A DNA stretch of 64,000 nt from an uncultured Proteiniphilum sp. (GCA_964648775.1 CAZYNA010000003.1:18807-82806), one strand, 5' to 3'. Positions 1-9,798 are shown, numbered from the stretch's first letter. Notes: generated by a model from the sequence alone, not told the origin. Program-made: numbers and translations.

Positions 1-627
1 ACCAACTACATAATTAAGGTATGCGCTATAGCTCTCACTTCTTTGCTTAATCTCCTCTACCTCAGGTGTGATGTATGGGAATCGGTATTCAGGTACAAAC
101 AGATCAGGAAGTACTTTTGGGTTCATCACCAAAACGGGTAGATTATCGAGACAGTCGGCACAACCGATCACCTTTGTCTGAAAAATTAAACTGGCATCTC
201 TCTGCCAATCACTATAAGGCACTGTTGTTTGATAGTGAATAGATTGGCTCGCATTATTATCTCTTACAATTTGATATTCTTCAGGAATGTTAAGCACAGG
301 CTTGCCTTCCCACTCAAACAGTCTGTTAAGAATACGGTTTCTTAGTTTTCCCTTCACTGCAAAAGGTTCAAGTTTTACAGAAGCCTCAGAGTTGTTTGAT
401 GTTATTACAGGTGTAATAAAAAGCATATCGTTTTTATTCAGGTTCAGTTGCGAAAGATTGATATCCATTTCAACTGTGGTCATTCCTTCGCTCTTTGATA
501 TGGATTGATTATCAATAGTAATTTGCTCGGAGTAGCTTGTTTGACCAATAAGTGCACTGAATGGCACACCTGTTATAAATACTATTATTAATGCTATGTA
601 GTTGTATCTCTTCATACTGTTTCTCAT
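1..627 (-). CDS. DUF3868-like secreted protein; N-terminal 209 codons present, 3' end runs off the window
   Basis: Minus-strand frame is open from ATG 625-627 (in-frame alternative ATG 613-615) to position 1. It is absent from the ORF track because there is no stop in the window. Hydrophobic N-terminus YNYIALIIVFITGVPFSALIG. The start lies 2 nt after the stop of the upstream DUF3575 gene. The family call is from memory of the common Bacteroidales DUF3575-DUF3868 pairing. Confidence 0.55.
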   Translation of the reverse strand, partial: MRNSMKRYNYIALIIVFITGVPFSALIGQTSYSEQITIDNQSISKSEGMTTVEMDINLSQLNLNKNDMLFITPVITSNNSEASVKLEPFAVKGKLRNRILNRLFEWEGKPVLNIPEEYQIVRDNNASQSIHYQTTVPYSDWQRDASLIFQTKVIGCADCLDNLPVLVMNPKVLPDLFVPEYRFPYITPEVEEIKQRSESYSAYLNYVVG

Positions 628-629
628 AT

Positions 630-1211
630 TTATTTGATTAGATATATAAGTGATATGGCTGCTTTAGTAACTCCAAAATAGTTTGTCTTGGCATCCTCTT
701 CCAACAGTGTTCCGCATTTTACGCAAGGGTATTTATCATAATTAAAATATACATACCCGGCACCAAGGTTAAGCTCAAGGTTCCATTTGCGGGATATTGC
801 CCACTGGTATCCATAACTTACTCCTGCACCAACTCCCCACCCTTCATATCTATAATCTTTCAGATCTTTTAGTCTGCCTAATGGAATATCAACACCACCT
901 ACATTATAAGCACCTGCTAATGCATGTATACCAATAAAATGTCCGTTGAATGTTTCGCATGTCCAGTAACGAAGTTCCGGTTGTGCAATCCAGTGTTGAA
1001 TCTTTTTATTATCTTCGAATTTAAATGGATTAACCCCACCGGTTATGTCGAGGGTGTATTTTCTGTTTAGTGCAAACTCCATTCCTATATTAGGTGTGGT
1101 AGTTGCCCAATGAACCAGATTGGTCTTTATTCCTACACTTTGCGAAAAGGAGATAGAGATGAAAGTGAAGAGGATTAAAATTGTAAAGAATAATCGTTTC
1201 ATACTCGCCAT
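630..1211 (-). CDS. DUF3575-family outer-membrane beta-barrel-like protein
   Basis: 193-aa ORF with a signal peptide (MKRLFFTILILFTFISISFSQ; the likelier start is 1202). Aromatic-rich beta-strand pattern ending in ...ISLIYLIK. The motifs GIKTNLVHWA and HWIAQPELRYW are typical of DUF3575. Confidence 0.7.
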   Translation of the reverse strand: MASMKRLFFTILILFTFISISFSQSVGIKTNLVHWATTTPNIGMEFALNRKYTLDITGGVNPFKFEDNKKIQHWIAQPELRYWTCETFNGHFIGIHALAGAYNVGGVDIPLGRLKDLKDYRYEGWGVGAGVSYGYQWAISRKWNLELNLGAGYVYFNYDKYPCVKCGTLLEEDAKTNYFGVTKAAISLIYLIK

Positions 1212-1497
1212 ATTTTTTCTGTAAAATTATGGTCTTTTTGAGCAAGCTGCTTGTCTTAAATCTGCAATCATTATAACTAAAACGACATTAACCTTAGTTA
1301 AATTATAACTCAATCGGCATTTCAAACTTATATTCAATTTATTATCAGCATTTTAATTAGTCAAATGTTTTCATCATTATTTTCACATACATTAACGCTA
1401 AATTTAACTAAATAATGTATTTTGATATATAATTGTCCTGTTTATGAAACTATTATTGAGAAAAAAACAAGAATTATTTATCAATAAAAGACTAACG

Positions 1498-1570
1498 CAT
1501 GTCCTGTTTTGACAATTCAGGACTGCAAATCATGTCCTATTTTGACAATTCAGGACTGTAAATCATATCC
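1498..1570. repeat. 33-bp tandem direct repeat (2 copies plus a 7-bp partial copy); each copy carries GTCCTG-N11-CAGGAC
   Basis: 1498-1530 is catgtcctgttttgacaattcaggactgcaaat and 1531-1563 is catgtcctattttgacaattcaggactgtaaat (2 mismatches), followed by catatcc. A degenerate GTCCTGTTT lies at 1435, exactly 66 bp upstream. Confidence 0.9.
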
Positions 1571-1644
1571 ATTTCTATTATTTTGTAGTCTGATTGCTGT
1601 GATTATAGTATTTCATGTTAAGGACTTAAATGGATTACTTTTAC

Positions 1645-1652
1645 TATCTTTG
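1645..1652 (+). promoter_or_regulatory. Bacteroidota-type -7 box TATCTTTG upstream of tyrS
   Basis: Exact match to TAnnTTTG, 36 nt before the tyrS ATG. Confidence 0.45.
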
Positions 1653-1687
1653 CAGCTCTTAAATTAAACAGACTCAATAATATTTTT

Positions 1688-2983
1688 ATGATGAATTTTG
1701 TAGAAGAACTACGCTGGAGAGGTATGATTCATGAAATCATGCCGGGTACAGAAGAGAAGTTATTACAAAAACGTACTGCCGGATATCTGGGAATTGATCC
1801 TACGGCAGACTCACTGCACATTGGTCATCTTGTAGGTGTTATGATGCTTAGACATTTTCAACGTGCAGGACACACTCCAATAGCTCTTGTTGGAGGTGCA
1901 ACTGGTATGATTGGCGACCCTTCAATGAAATCTGCGGAAAGGAAACTGCTCGATGAGGAAACTCTACGCCATAATCAGGAAGCAATAAAAAAACAGCTGG
2001 CTAAGTTTCTGGATTTCGAAAGTGATATACCGAACAGGGCACAGCTGGTTAATAACTACGACTGGATGAAGGATTACTCATTCCTTTCATTTATTCGTGA
2101 TATTGGCAAGCATATAACTGTTAACTATATGATGGCTAAAGACTCCGTAAGGAAGCGAATCAGTGGAGATACTGGCGAAGGGATGTCGTTTACAGAATTC
2201 TCATATCAGTTATTACAGGGATACGATTTTCTGCATCTTTATAGAACAATGGATTGCCGCATTCAACTGGGTGGCTCAGATCAGTGGGGTAATATTACCA
2301 CCGGAACGGAGCTTATTCGCCGTGTTGAAGGAGGCGAAGCGTTTGCATTGGTTTGCCCTCTTATTACAAAAGCCGATGGTGGTAAGTTTGGCAAAACAGA
2401 GAGTGGCAACGTTTGGTTAGATCGCAGATACACATCTCCATATAAGTTCTATCAATTCTGGCTCAATGTAAGTGATGATGATGCAGAAAAGTATATAAAG
2501 ATATTTACATCAATGCCTAAAGAGGAAATTGAGGCTATTGTTGATGAACAGACAAAAGCTCCACACCTGCGCCCTTTACAGAGGCGTCTCGCTGAAGAAC
2601 TCACTGTTATGGTTCACTCTAGGGAAGATTATGAAATGGCTGTTGATGCTTCTCAAATACTGTTTGGTCAATCTACTTCGCAGGCACTTCGTTCTATCGA
2701 CGAAGAAACATTTCTGCAGGTGTTTGAAGGTGTTCCTCAATTCTCTGTTTCAAAGGATAAACTTACTGAAGGAGTTAAAGCTGTAGATCTTCTCACAGAA
2801 GAGGCTGCAGTATTTCCATCTAAAGGAGAAATGAGAAAAACTGTACAGTCGGGTGGCGTAATGATTAATAAGGAGAGACTAAATGAATTTGATGAAACTA
2901 TCAATCTCTCCCACCTCATTGCCGGCAAATATATCATAGCTCAACGTGGCAAAAAGAATTATTTCCTTTTAATAGCAGAATAA
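1688..2983 (+). CDS. tyrS: tyrosine--tRNA ligase
   Basis: 431 aa. Class I HIGH motif (SLHIGHLVG), KMSKS-like KFGKT, and a C-terminal S4-like domain. Confidence 0.95.
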   Translation: MMNFVEELRWRGMIHEIMPGTEEKLLQKRTAGYLGIDPTADSLHIGHLVGVMMLRHFQRAGHTPIALVGGATGMIGDPSMKSAERKLLDEETLRHNQEAIKKQLAKFLDFESDIPNRAQLVNNYDWMKDYSFLSFIRDIGKHITVNYMMAKDSVRKRISGDTGEGMSFTEFSYQLLQGYDFLHLYRTMDCRIQLGGSDQWGNITTGTELIRRVEGGEAFALVCPLITKADGGKFGKTESGNVWLDRRYTSPYKFYQFWLNVSDDDAEKYIKIFTSMPKEEIEAIVDEQTKAPHLRPLQRRLAEELTVMVHSREDYEMAVDASQILFGQSTSQALRSIDEETFLQVFEGVPQFSVSKDKLTEGVKAVDLLTEEAAVFPSKGEMRKTVQSGGVMINKERLNEFDETINLSHLIAGKYIIAQRGKKNYFLLIAE

Positions 2984-3049
2984 AAAGTGTAATTGTTACA
3001 ATTTTGATAAATTGGGCACAAAATATTTGGAACGTTAAAACATTTATTA

Positions 3050-3057
3050 TATTTTTG
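3050..3057 (+). promoter_or_regulatory. -7 box TATTTTTG upstream of tRNA-Gln
   Basis: Matches TAnnTTTG, 28 nt before the tRNA 5' end. Confidence 0.4.
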
Positions 3058-3085
3058 CACTGCTTTTCACGAAGCACATAAGGAT

Positions 3086-3156
3086 TGTCCCATGGTGTAA
3101 TGGTAGCACATCTGATTTTGGTTCAGCCGGTTGAGGTTCGAGTCCTTGTGGGACAA
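3086..3156 (+). tRNA. tRNA-Gln (anticodon TTG)
   Basis: Manual cloverleaf. Acceptor TGTCCCA/TGGGACA. D arm GTGT-AATGGTA-GCAC. Anticodon stem TCTGA/TCAGC with one mismatch. Loop TTTTGGT with TTG at 3118-3120. T arm TGAGG-TTCGAGT-CCTTG. Discriminator A. No encoded CCA. Confidence 0.85.
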
Positions 3157-3171
3157 CTGAAAACAATTCTG

Positions 3172-3200
3172 AAACCCGTTCTTAGAGCGGGTTTTTCTTT
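3172..3200 (+). terminator. intrinsic terminator after tRNA-Gln
   Basis: AAACCCG (3172-3178) pairs with CGGGTTT (3188-3194), followed by a T-rich tail. Confidence 0.7.
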
Positions 3201-3491
3201 TCTACAAACGGTTTTACCTTTTTCCGCTTTATCCAACTTTATACATTTTTACTTAATTTATCGTATTTATTTCGTACCAATTATTGCTTTTGTGCGAAAA
3301 ATGGTACGAAAATATTAAGAATATAGAATTCTGGGCATTATCAATATGGGAAATTACCCATATGTAAACGACCTAACTAAACATTATATCATCATACCCT
3401 TAACTCAGTGTGGTAAGTATTAGTAATAGGTAATTTTATGGTCTTTTATTTTCAAATCGACTATTTAAGAAAAAAGTAAGATTGCCATTTT

Positions 3492-3881
3492 CTACAGTTC
3501 ATTAAGTTCATCGAAGTATCGATTAAACTCAGTAAATATTTCGTTTCTAAGTGGATTACATCTATAACAAATAATCGAAGAGTAAACATCCTCTGAGCAC
3601 CTGTTGTGTTTAATATAATCTCCTTGAGAATATTTATTATACCACCTTTCAAATAATATATCACGGTATTGATGCTTCTTGTCATAATTGTCGCACGTGA
3701 AAATTAATGCATCGTCATTTTTAGCGAAAAAATCCGAGATAATTTTAGATATAGTGATGGCAACACGTTGATCAAACACCTTCCTTGCACAGACTTTATC
3801 AAAGTTAAAAGAATAAACACGTAAAGATTCAAAGCCAGGTAACTCTATAAAATAAGCGATGTATCTACATCGCTTACAGTT
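3492..3881 (-). pseudogene. 5'-truncated small hypothetical gene (possibly DUF6169-like)
   Basis: The track ORF 3492..3779 starts at a GTG. The frame stays open 34 more codons upstream (…CRYIAYFIELPGFESLRVYSFNFDKVCARK-VFDQRV…) up to a TAA at 3882-3884, with no ATG in that stretch. The family guess is from memory only. Confidence 0.35.
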
Positions 3882-3917
3882 TTAAATCTATATGTGTTTA
3901 AATTATCTGCCGAATAA

Positions 3918-4071
3918 TTATATGGGCTTTGCAAATTTAATTCCTCGCTCATCTGCCAGTTTTTTTTAAATCACCACCGTTTCTAATACATTCGTTTATT
4001 GCCCGTTTATCCTCCAACACCTTATCTATGAAGTTGCGGGCATTTTTCCCTGTTCTTACTTCTGTTTTCAT
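3918..4071 (-). pseudogene. small ORF interrupted by a frameshift in an A8 homopolymer
   Basis: ATG at 4069-4071 gives MKTEVRTGKNARNFIDKVLEDKRAINECIRNGGDLKKTGR*, with the stop at 3949-3951. Removing one A from the A8 run (T8 on the plus strand, 3960-3967) gives ...GGDLKKLADERGIKFAKPI*, ending at 3918-3920. Confidence 0.35.
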
Positions 4072-4388
4072 TTGTTTTAATTTTATGGAGTATAACTACT
4101 TTGTATTGTTTAGACTAATTAATAACCCCAAAGCTACATATTTATAAATAAATAACAAAACAAGCCATATGTTTTGCATCATAATTAGTTCTTTATCACC
4201 AATATACAACCTTAAAACGTGTTACTTGCTACTTTTGTTTTAAAATTTCGGAAAAACATCAGACTGGTTTTTGAACAAGAATATTGTTTTATATGGTAAT
4301 AAATCATGAAACAATTGTTTTATTTATTCTTACCAATTGTTTTGATGTCTTTCCAAAAGGCAGATATAAATGATAGTATCGCAGGGAC

Positions 4389-4421
4389 AAAAAAATCCCC
4401 AGCTTATTATAGCCGGGGATT
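4389..4421 (-). terminator. intrinsic terminator after the TIM-barrel gene (end of the PUL transcript)
   Basis: The minus strand reads AATCCCCGGCTATAATAAGCTGGGGATT followed by T7. Confidence 0.75.
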
Positions 4422-4444
4422 ACAGTATAAAAATTAGTTCTATC

Positions 4445-5335
4445 TTATTTTGAATAGCTTTCTTTTACAAAATCAGCATTGTTCAAATAATCGTAACTTT
4501 CCTGAACTCCTTCAACAGGTGTTCCTGTATATCTTTCAACCTCAACTATCATGTATTTGGCTCCCGACTGACCTACATTGTTATAAATGTTTTCAAAATC
4601 AACTTCACCACTCTTGCCAAGTTCCATCTCATCTTTAATGTGAAGTAACTCAAAGCGGTTAGGATATTTGTTGAAGTATGCAACCGGATCATGTCCTCCT
4701 TGAACTACCCAGTAAACATCCATCTGGTAGAACACTTTTGAAGGATCAGTATTCTCAATCATGTAGTCATACATGATATTACCTTCAACTTCTTCAAATT
4801 CAAATGCGTGATTGTGGTAACCAAACTTAATTCCTGCAGCATTACACTTCTCACCAATTTCATTAAAGTAATCACAGTATGCCTGCAGATCAACCAATGT
4901 TTCTGGTTTTGGAATCCATGCCACAACAAGATACTTCATACCTGCTTCTTTATGAGCTTGTATTGCAGTATCCCACCATGCCCATGTTGCATCCCAATCA
5001 GTATCTGATGCTGGGTTAGCTAATGGTCTTCCTGCGTGAGAAGAAAGAACTTCCATTCCTGCGTCTTCAATAGTTTTTTTGAAGTCGGCCGGAGACATTC
5101 CGTAAAACTGTCCATCATTATAACCGGCAGCCTCAACTCCCGTATAGCCCATCTCAGCTACAGTAGCAATAGTTCCTGCATAGTCGCCCTGAATATCATC
5201 ACGAAGTGAATATAACTGCAAGTAAATATCTTTTGTAGCTTCAGCTTCAGCAGTCTGCTGTCCCTGGCCACATCCGGTAAAAATAAATAGGCAGCTTAAT
5301 AAAACTGCACTAAAAAAAATTGAATGTTTTTGCAT
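4445..5335 (-). CDS. xylose-isomerase-like TIM-barrel protein (sugar phosphate isomerase/epimerase family), lipoprotein
   Basis: 296 aa. Lipobox LFIFTGC. Motifs GYTGVEAAG and FGYHNHAFEF, plus a LHIKD-type metal ligand pattern typical of the AP_endonuc_2 fold. Confidence 0.8.
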   Translation of the reverse strand: MQKHSIFFSAVLLSCLFIFTGCGQGQQTAEAEATKDIYLQLYSLRDDIQGDYAGTIATVAEMGYTGVEAAGYNDGQFYGMSPADFKKTIEDAGMEVLSSHAGRPLANPASDTDWDATWAWWDTAIQAHKEAGMKYLVVAWIPKPETLVDLQAYCDYFNEIGEKCNAAGIKFGYHNHAFEFEEVEGNIMYDYMIENTDPSKVFYQMDVYWVVQGGHDPVAYFNKYPNRFELLHIKDEMELGKSGEVDFENIYNNVGQSGAKYMIVEVERYTGTPVEGVQESYDYLNNADFVKESYSK

Positions 5336-5405
5336 TGTACTTTTGTTTTAAAAAAAAGAATATTTCCACCGGAAGGCAGAAATATTCTTTTAAGATGTTA
5401 TTTTA

Positions 5406-6272
5406 TTAGTCTAAAATTTTAACTCTGATATTGCGATACCATACATCGTCACCATGATCCTGAAGGCCAATATAACCTTCTCTTTCAGGTCCGCCAACAT
5501 TGTTCAGAAGTTCAAAAGCAAGAGGCCATTTATCCTGACTAAACTTACTTTCCTGAAGCATATCTGTCCATTGCTGTGTCCATAAGTGGTATTCAAGAAC
5601 GTTCTCATCATTTTGTCCATGAACAACAGTACCTCTGTAAACCATAATTGAAGTAGTATTCCACTCATCAAAAGGGTTCTGATTTTGAGGAACTGCAGGT
5701 ATCATATCATACAATGAAGCAGACATTCTGTTATTGTCTTTACCCAATTTAGCATCGGGGTGATTAGCGTTGTCAAGAATCTGATATTCCGGTGAAGAAA
5801 TATAAATTGGCTCATATCTCTCGTTTCCGTCTCTATCAACAGTAGTTACTTCCTGAGCTAAATAAAATATTCCTGAGTTACCGCCTTTTGATACTTTCCA
5901 ATCCAACTTAAGCTCGAAATTTTTAAACTTGTGGCTAAAGATAATATCTCCACCATCTCCATCCTGAGCTTCACCACCACCTGAGCCGTTAAACTTAATT
6001 GCACCATCTTCAATAGTCCATTTACCAGGCACATAGTCTTTTCCATAACCACGCCATCCTGTAAAATCTTCACCATTAAAAATTACGATATAACCCTCAT
6101 CGTCTGTTGGAAATTCTGATAAATCAACCTGAGGATTTTCTACTACTGTATATTGAGGAGTATCAGTAGCAGCCTCTTCTGTTTCTGAATCTTGTGCTTT
6201 TTGTGATGCACCTCCGCAAGCTGTAAAAGTAGCAGCAGCTAAAATTGCAAGTGCGTAAAATAATTTCTTCAT
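5406..6272 (-). CDS. DUF1080 / 3-keto-disaccharide hydrolase family protein, lipoprotein
   Basis: 288 aa. Lipobox ATFTAC. Motifs GNSGIFY, EYQILDN and GYIGLQDHGDDVWYRNIRVK are characteristic of DUF1080. Confidence 0.8.
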   Translation of the reverse strand: MKKLFYALAILAAATFTACGGASQKAQDSETEEAATDTPQYTVVENPQVDLSEFPTDDEGYIVIFNGEDFTGWRGYGKDYVPGKWTIEDGAIKFNGSGGGEAQDGDGGDIIFSHKFKNFELKLDWKVSKGGNSGIFYLAQEVTTVDRDGNERYEPIYISSPEYQILDNANHPDAKLGKDNNRMSASLYDMIPAVPQNQNPFDEWNTTSIMVYRGTVVHGQNDENVLEYHLWTQQWTDMLQESKFSQDKWPLAFELLNNVGGPEREGYIGLQDHGDDVWYRNIRVKILD

Positions 6273-6375
6273 AACTTATTTTCCTTTTAATTAAACTGAT
6301 AATTTAGTTTTATTATTAAATAAAAGAAGGGAATAACAGATCAAACAATCTGATACTCCCTATCTTATGTTGAGA

Positions 6376-7845
6376 TTAAGGCATCTCCGGTAGTTTGAAA
6401 CCGTTCTTATAAGTATGCTTAATCATTTCTTTTGCATATTCCTGAGCATTTACAGGATCCGACCAAGTCTTATCGAATGTTGGGTGACCATCAGTAATTT
6501 TGAAGCCATCTTCAACAATTGTTCTGATAGTAGCATCATTAGGAATATTAGTAAATTCCATATTAGCACCATCCCAATGAAGTTCCTGGTTCAAGCTCTG
6601 TAATCTAACAGCAAGAACACCCATAACAACCATTTCGTTGAAAGGTCCTGCTTCTGAGAAAGGAGATGCAGTTTCAACACGGTTTTCAGGAGATTCTTTA
6701 CATGCACGTACCCAATCCATCTCGTGTGAAAGTGTAACTTCACGCTGAGTTTTTGGAGAATTAGGTTTACGACCCGATACTAACCATGGGTTAACGCCAT
6801 AGCAACCGCAGATAAGAGTATCTTTAGTTCCGTGGAAGATAACACCACCACCCTGATCGTTCAAGTTTTTACCTGCAGGTACTCCTTCAGGACGCATTGG
6901 CTGTAAGCCACCATCGTACCAGTAAACCTCAACTTCAGGCATAGCAACCTTTGGCAGGTTGTCGCGAGCAGGGAATACATATTTAACTTGCTGGGCAACA
7001 GGTGCACAGTCTGTTAATAACATTGTTGAAGAACCTTGTACTTTAGTTGGATATCCAAGATTCAAGCCTTTAAATACCGGATGCAGGATATGACAAGCCA
7101 TATCACCAAGAGCACCTGTACCAAAATCCCACCATCCACGCCAGTTCCATGGGTGATAAATTTCATTGAAAGGACGCTTGTTAGCAGGCCCGATAAAAAG
7201 ATCCCAATCCAATGTTTTTGGAATACGGTGAGTTTCTTTAGGAACATTTAATCCCTGTGGCCAAATAGGACGGTCTGTAAATGCTTCAACTTTTGTAACT
7301 TCACCAATCACGCCATCAGCAATCCAATCGATCACCTGACGAACTCCCGAACCTGATGATCCCTGGTTACCCATACTGGTTGCAATTTTATGTTTCTCGG
7401 CAAGTCTTGTCAACAAACGAGATTCATAAACACTATGTGTTAAAGGCTTCTGAACGTAAACGTGCTTGCCCATAGTCATAGCATCTGCTGCAATAATAGC
7501 GTGTGTATGGTCGGCTGTTGCAACTACAACACCATCTATTGAATTGCCTAACTCCTCATACATTTTTCTGTAATCGTAGTATTTCTTGGCATTGGGATAT
7601 TTCTTAAATACATTTTCGCTGTATCTCCAGTCAACATCACAAAGTCCGATGATATTTTCACTTTGTAACTGGTTAAGGTTTGCATTTCCCATTCCACCTA
7701 CTCCAACACCTACGATGTTAAGTTTATCGCTTGGGGCTTTATAGCCCATGCTTTTCCCTAGTACCGTAGAAGGTACGATAGTTAAACCGGCAGCAGCCAT
7801 AGCACCGGTTCCTAAAAATTTTCTTCTCGAAATGTTTGATGACAT
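6376..7845 (-). CDS. Gfo/Idh/MocA-family oxidoreductase with twin-arginine signal peptide
   Basis: 489 aa. TAT motif SRRKFLGTGAMAAAG. Rossmann motif NIVGVGVGGMG. Confidence 0.85.
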   Translation of the reverse strand: MSSNISRRKFLGTGAMAAAGLTIVPSTVLGKSMGYKAPSDKLNIVGVGVGGMGNANLNQLQSENIIGLCDVDWRYSENVFKKYPNAKKYYDYRKMYEELGNSIDGVVVATADHTHAIIAADAMTMGKHVYVQKPLTHSVYESRLLTRLAEKHKIATSMGNQGSSGSGVRQVIDWIADGVIGEVTKVEAFTDRPIWPQGLNVPKETHRIPKTLDWDLFIGPANKRPFNEIYHPWNWRGWWDFGTGALGDMACHILHPVFKGLNLGYPTKVQGSSTMLLTDCAPVAQQVKYVFPARDNLPKVAMPEVEVYWYDGGLQPMRPEGVPAGKNLNDQGGGVIFHGTKDTLICGCYGVNPWLVSGRKPNSPKTQREVTLSHEMDWVRACKESPENRVETASPFSEAGPFNEMVVMGVLAVRLQSLNQELHWDGANMEFTNIPNDATIRTIVEDGFKITDGHPTFDKTWSDPVNAQEYAKEMIKHTYKNGFKLPEMP

Positions 7846-8075
7846 AAGTACTTTTTTTTTGGTTTAACTTAAGTTAATTATTTATTATTTTACTTGTTGT
7901 ATATCATTCGTTTATGCTTCATTTATTATAGCACAATTTAGAATAATTCTGAAATTTGATTCTTAATAATCCTAATATAGATAAATTACTTCCGTAAAAG
8001 TAAGATAAATATAAATGAAAATGAAATTTTATTGAATGAATAATTTCAATTTATTACAAATATTATGTTTTATCA

Positions 8076-8106
8076 CAAAAAACTCCGGGTTAACCGGAGT
8101 TTTTTG
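8076..8106 (-). terminator. symmetric hairpin terminator between the SusD-family gene and the oxidoreductase gene
   Basis: AAAAAACTCCGG-GTTAA-CCGGAGTTTTTT. It is flanked by an A-run and a T-run, so it could act on either strand. Confidence 0.65.
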
Positions 8107-8126
8107 TGAAATATGTTATTGATAGA

Positions 8127-9761
8127 TTACTGATCGTAGCCCGGATTTTGAACCAGATTAGGATTAGCAGCTATCTGAGTATGAGGAATAGGATACAGTT
8201 CTTTGTTAGGATCGTTACTTGGTGTATGATCCCACCATGTTCCTGTAACATACTTACCAAAACGTATAAGATCAGTACGTCTTTTTCCTTCAAAGATAAA
8301 CTCTCTTCCTCTCTCAGCAAGCATCTCATCCATTGTTAATGTTGAAGTTGTATATCTTGCTGCAGGCCAATCTTCTTCTGTAAACGCACGACTTCTCGAT
8401 GCATTAACCAGGTCTACTGCTTCCTGTGTTGCAACGCCACCATTTTTACGCATTAATGCTTCAGCTTTGTTAAAATAAATTTCTGTCAAGCGATATATCA
8501 TATAGTGGTTTTCATGGAAGTTGTCATCCAATATAGTTCCAGCTACATATTTATTGAAGCGGGCTCCACTATTTTCTTCACCTTGATCCATACCGCCTTC
8601 ACTTGTAAAATCACCTTCACTCTCTCTTCTGATCGAGTTTACATAAACAAAAGGTTCACCATTGTACTCTTCTGTTCCAAGAATAGGTTCTCCTGTTTCG
8701 ATATCGTACTGAGGCCCAAATAAGAACCACTCTTCTTTGCGAAGGTCATTATCATCATATGCATCGAATGCAGAAGGGATTACAACAAATGCGTTCCATC
8801 CGGAAAAGTCAACTCCAAGAGCTCTACTCATATTTGAGTAACCAAAGTAGAAACCTCCCCAGCCAAAAGTGAATCCACCTTGTTTACTGAAAGCAAACTG
8901 AAATAAAGCTTCATCAGCCTCTTGATTAGTATTGGAGAATGTTGAAGTGATATCTTCGGCAAGTTTAGGTGTTCCATTTATACCTCCGGCATTTCCATTG
9001 ATAATCATATCACATGCTGCAATAGCCTCATCATACATTGGTGTACCAATATGATACTCTGCATTCAAATAAAGCTCCGATAGCATAGCATAACCTGCTG
9101 CTTTTGAAACTCTACCTACAAGCTCTTTAGAATATGGCAACAATTGTGGGACATATGTCTCGAGCTCAGTTTTAATAAAATCAAACACCTCTGCTTTTGA
9201 TTGTGAAGGTGGATTCTGTGGCTCACCTACTGTTGTAATAATAGGAACATTACCCCACAGTTCCATAATTTTCATATAATGGAAAGCTCTAAGAACATAT
9301 AGCTCGGCAAGAATAGCAGTCATTTCTGTATCAGAAATGCCAATCGACTGGTTGTCCACATCCTGCAAGTCCATAATAGCAGAGTTAACGTAACCAAGAC
9401 CTGTCCACATTAAAACCCATGCTGTACGCATACGGCTTTCGTTAGCAGTCCAAGTATGATAATGCTGTCTAAAGTGGTCACCACCGTCATATCCGTGTCT
9501 TCCTTTTTGTGGCCATGCAACCTGATCAGATGATAATTCAGAGTGATAATAATAACCATTCTGACCGGTTGGAGCAAGCCATGCCTGCATATGTGTAAAT
9601 GGTCTCAATGCAGCCTGCAAAACTTCAATTTTATTATTGTAGAAGTTCGATTTGTTTAATTCACTATAAACGTTCTCACTTAAATCGGTACAGCTATTAA
9701 GTGTGAAAACCAATACCGCTGTGAAAAACAGACCTATAATTTTATGTATATTTTTTTTCAT
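8127..9761 (-). CDS. SusD/RagB-family outer-membrane lipoprotein
   Basis: 544 aa. Lipobox LNSCTD. Lies directly downstream of a SusC-family gene. Confidence 0.9.
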   Translation of the reverse strand: MKKNIHKIIGLFFTAVLVFTLNSCTDLSENVYSELNKSNFYNNKIEVLQAALRPFTHMQAWLAPTGQNGYYYHSELSSDQVAWPQKGRHGYDGGDHFRQHYHTWTANESRMRTAWVLMWTGLGYVNSAIMDLQDVDNQSIGISDTEMTAILAELYVLRAFHYMKIMELWGNVPIITTVGEPQNPPSQSKAEVFDFIKTELETYVPQLLPYSKELVGRVSKAAGYAMLSELYLNAEYHIGTPMYDEAIAACDMIINGNAGGINGTPKLAEDITSTFSNTNQEADEALFQFAFSKQGGFTFGWGGFYFGYSNMSRALGVDFSGWNAFVVIPSAFDAYDDNDLRKEEWFLFGPQYDIETGEPILGTEEYNGEPFVYVNSIRRESEGDFTSEGGMDQGEENSGARFNKYVAGTILDDNFHENHYMIYRLTEIYFNKAEALMRKNGGVATQEAVDLVNASRSRAFTEEDWPAARYTTSTLTMDEMLAERGREFIFEGKRRTDLIRFGKYVTGTWWDHTPSNDPNKELYPIPHTQIAANPNLVQNPGYDQ

Positions 9762-9798
9762 ATATTTTTTATTTTATTCTGTATGGTATTCATACTAA

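Noticed and set aside
1212-1687. Possible T-box or other riboswitch leader upstream of tyrS
   Set aside because: The candidate -7 box is only 36 nt from the ATG. No specifier or T-box-like elements or terminator are visible, and T-boxes are not expected in this phylum.
7852-7860. T9 tract (A9 on the coding strand) just upstream of the oxidoreductase ATG, as a phase-variation switch
   Set aside because: It lies in the untranslated leader, not in coding sequence or between promoter elements. A-rich leaders are the normal translation-initiation context in Bacteroidota.
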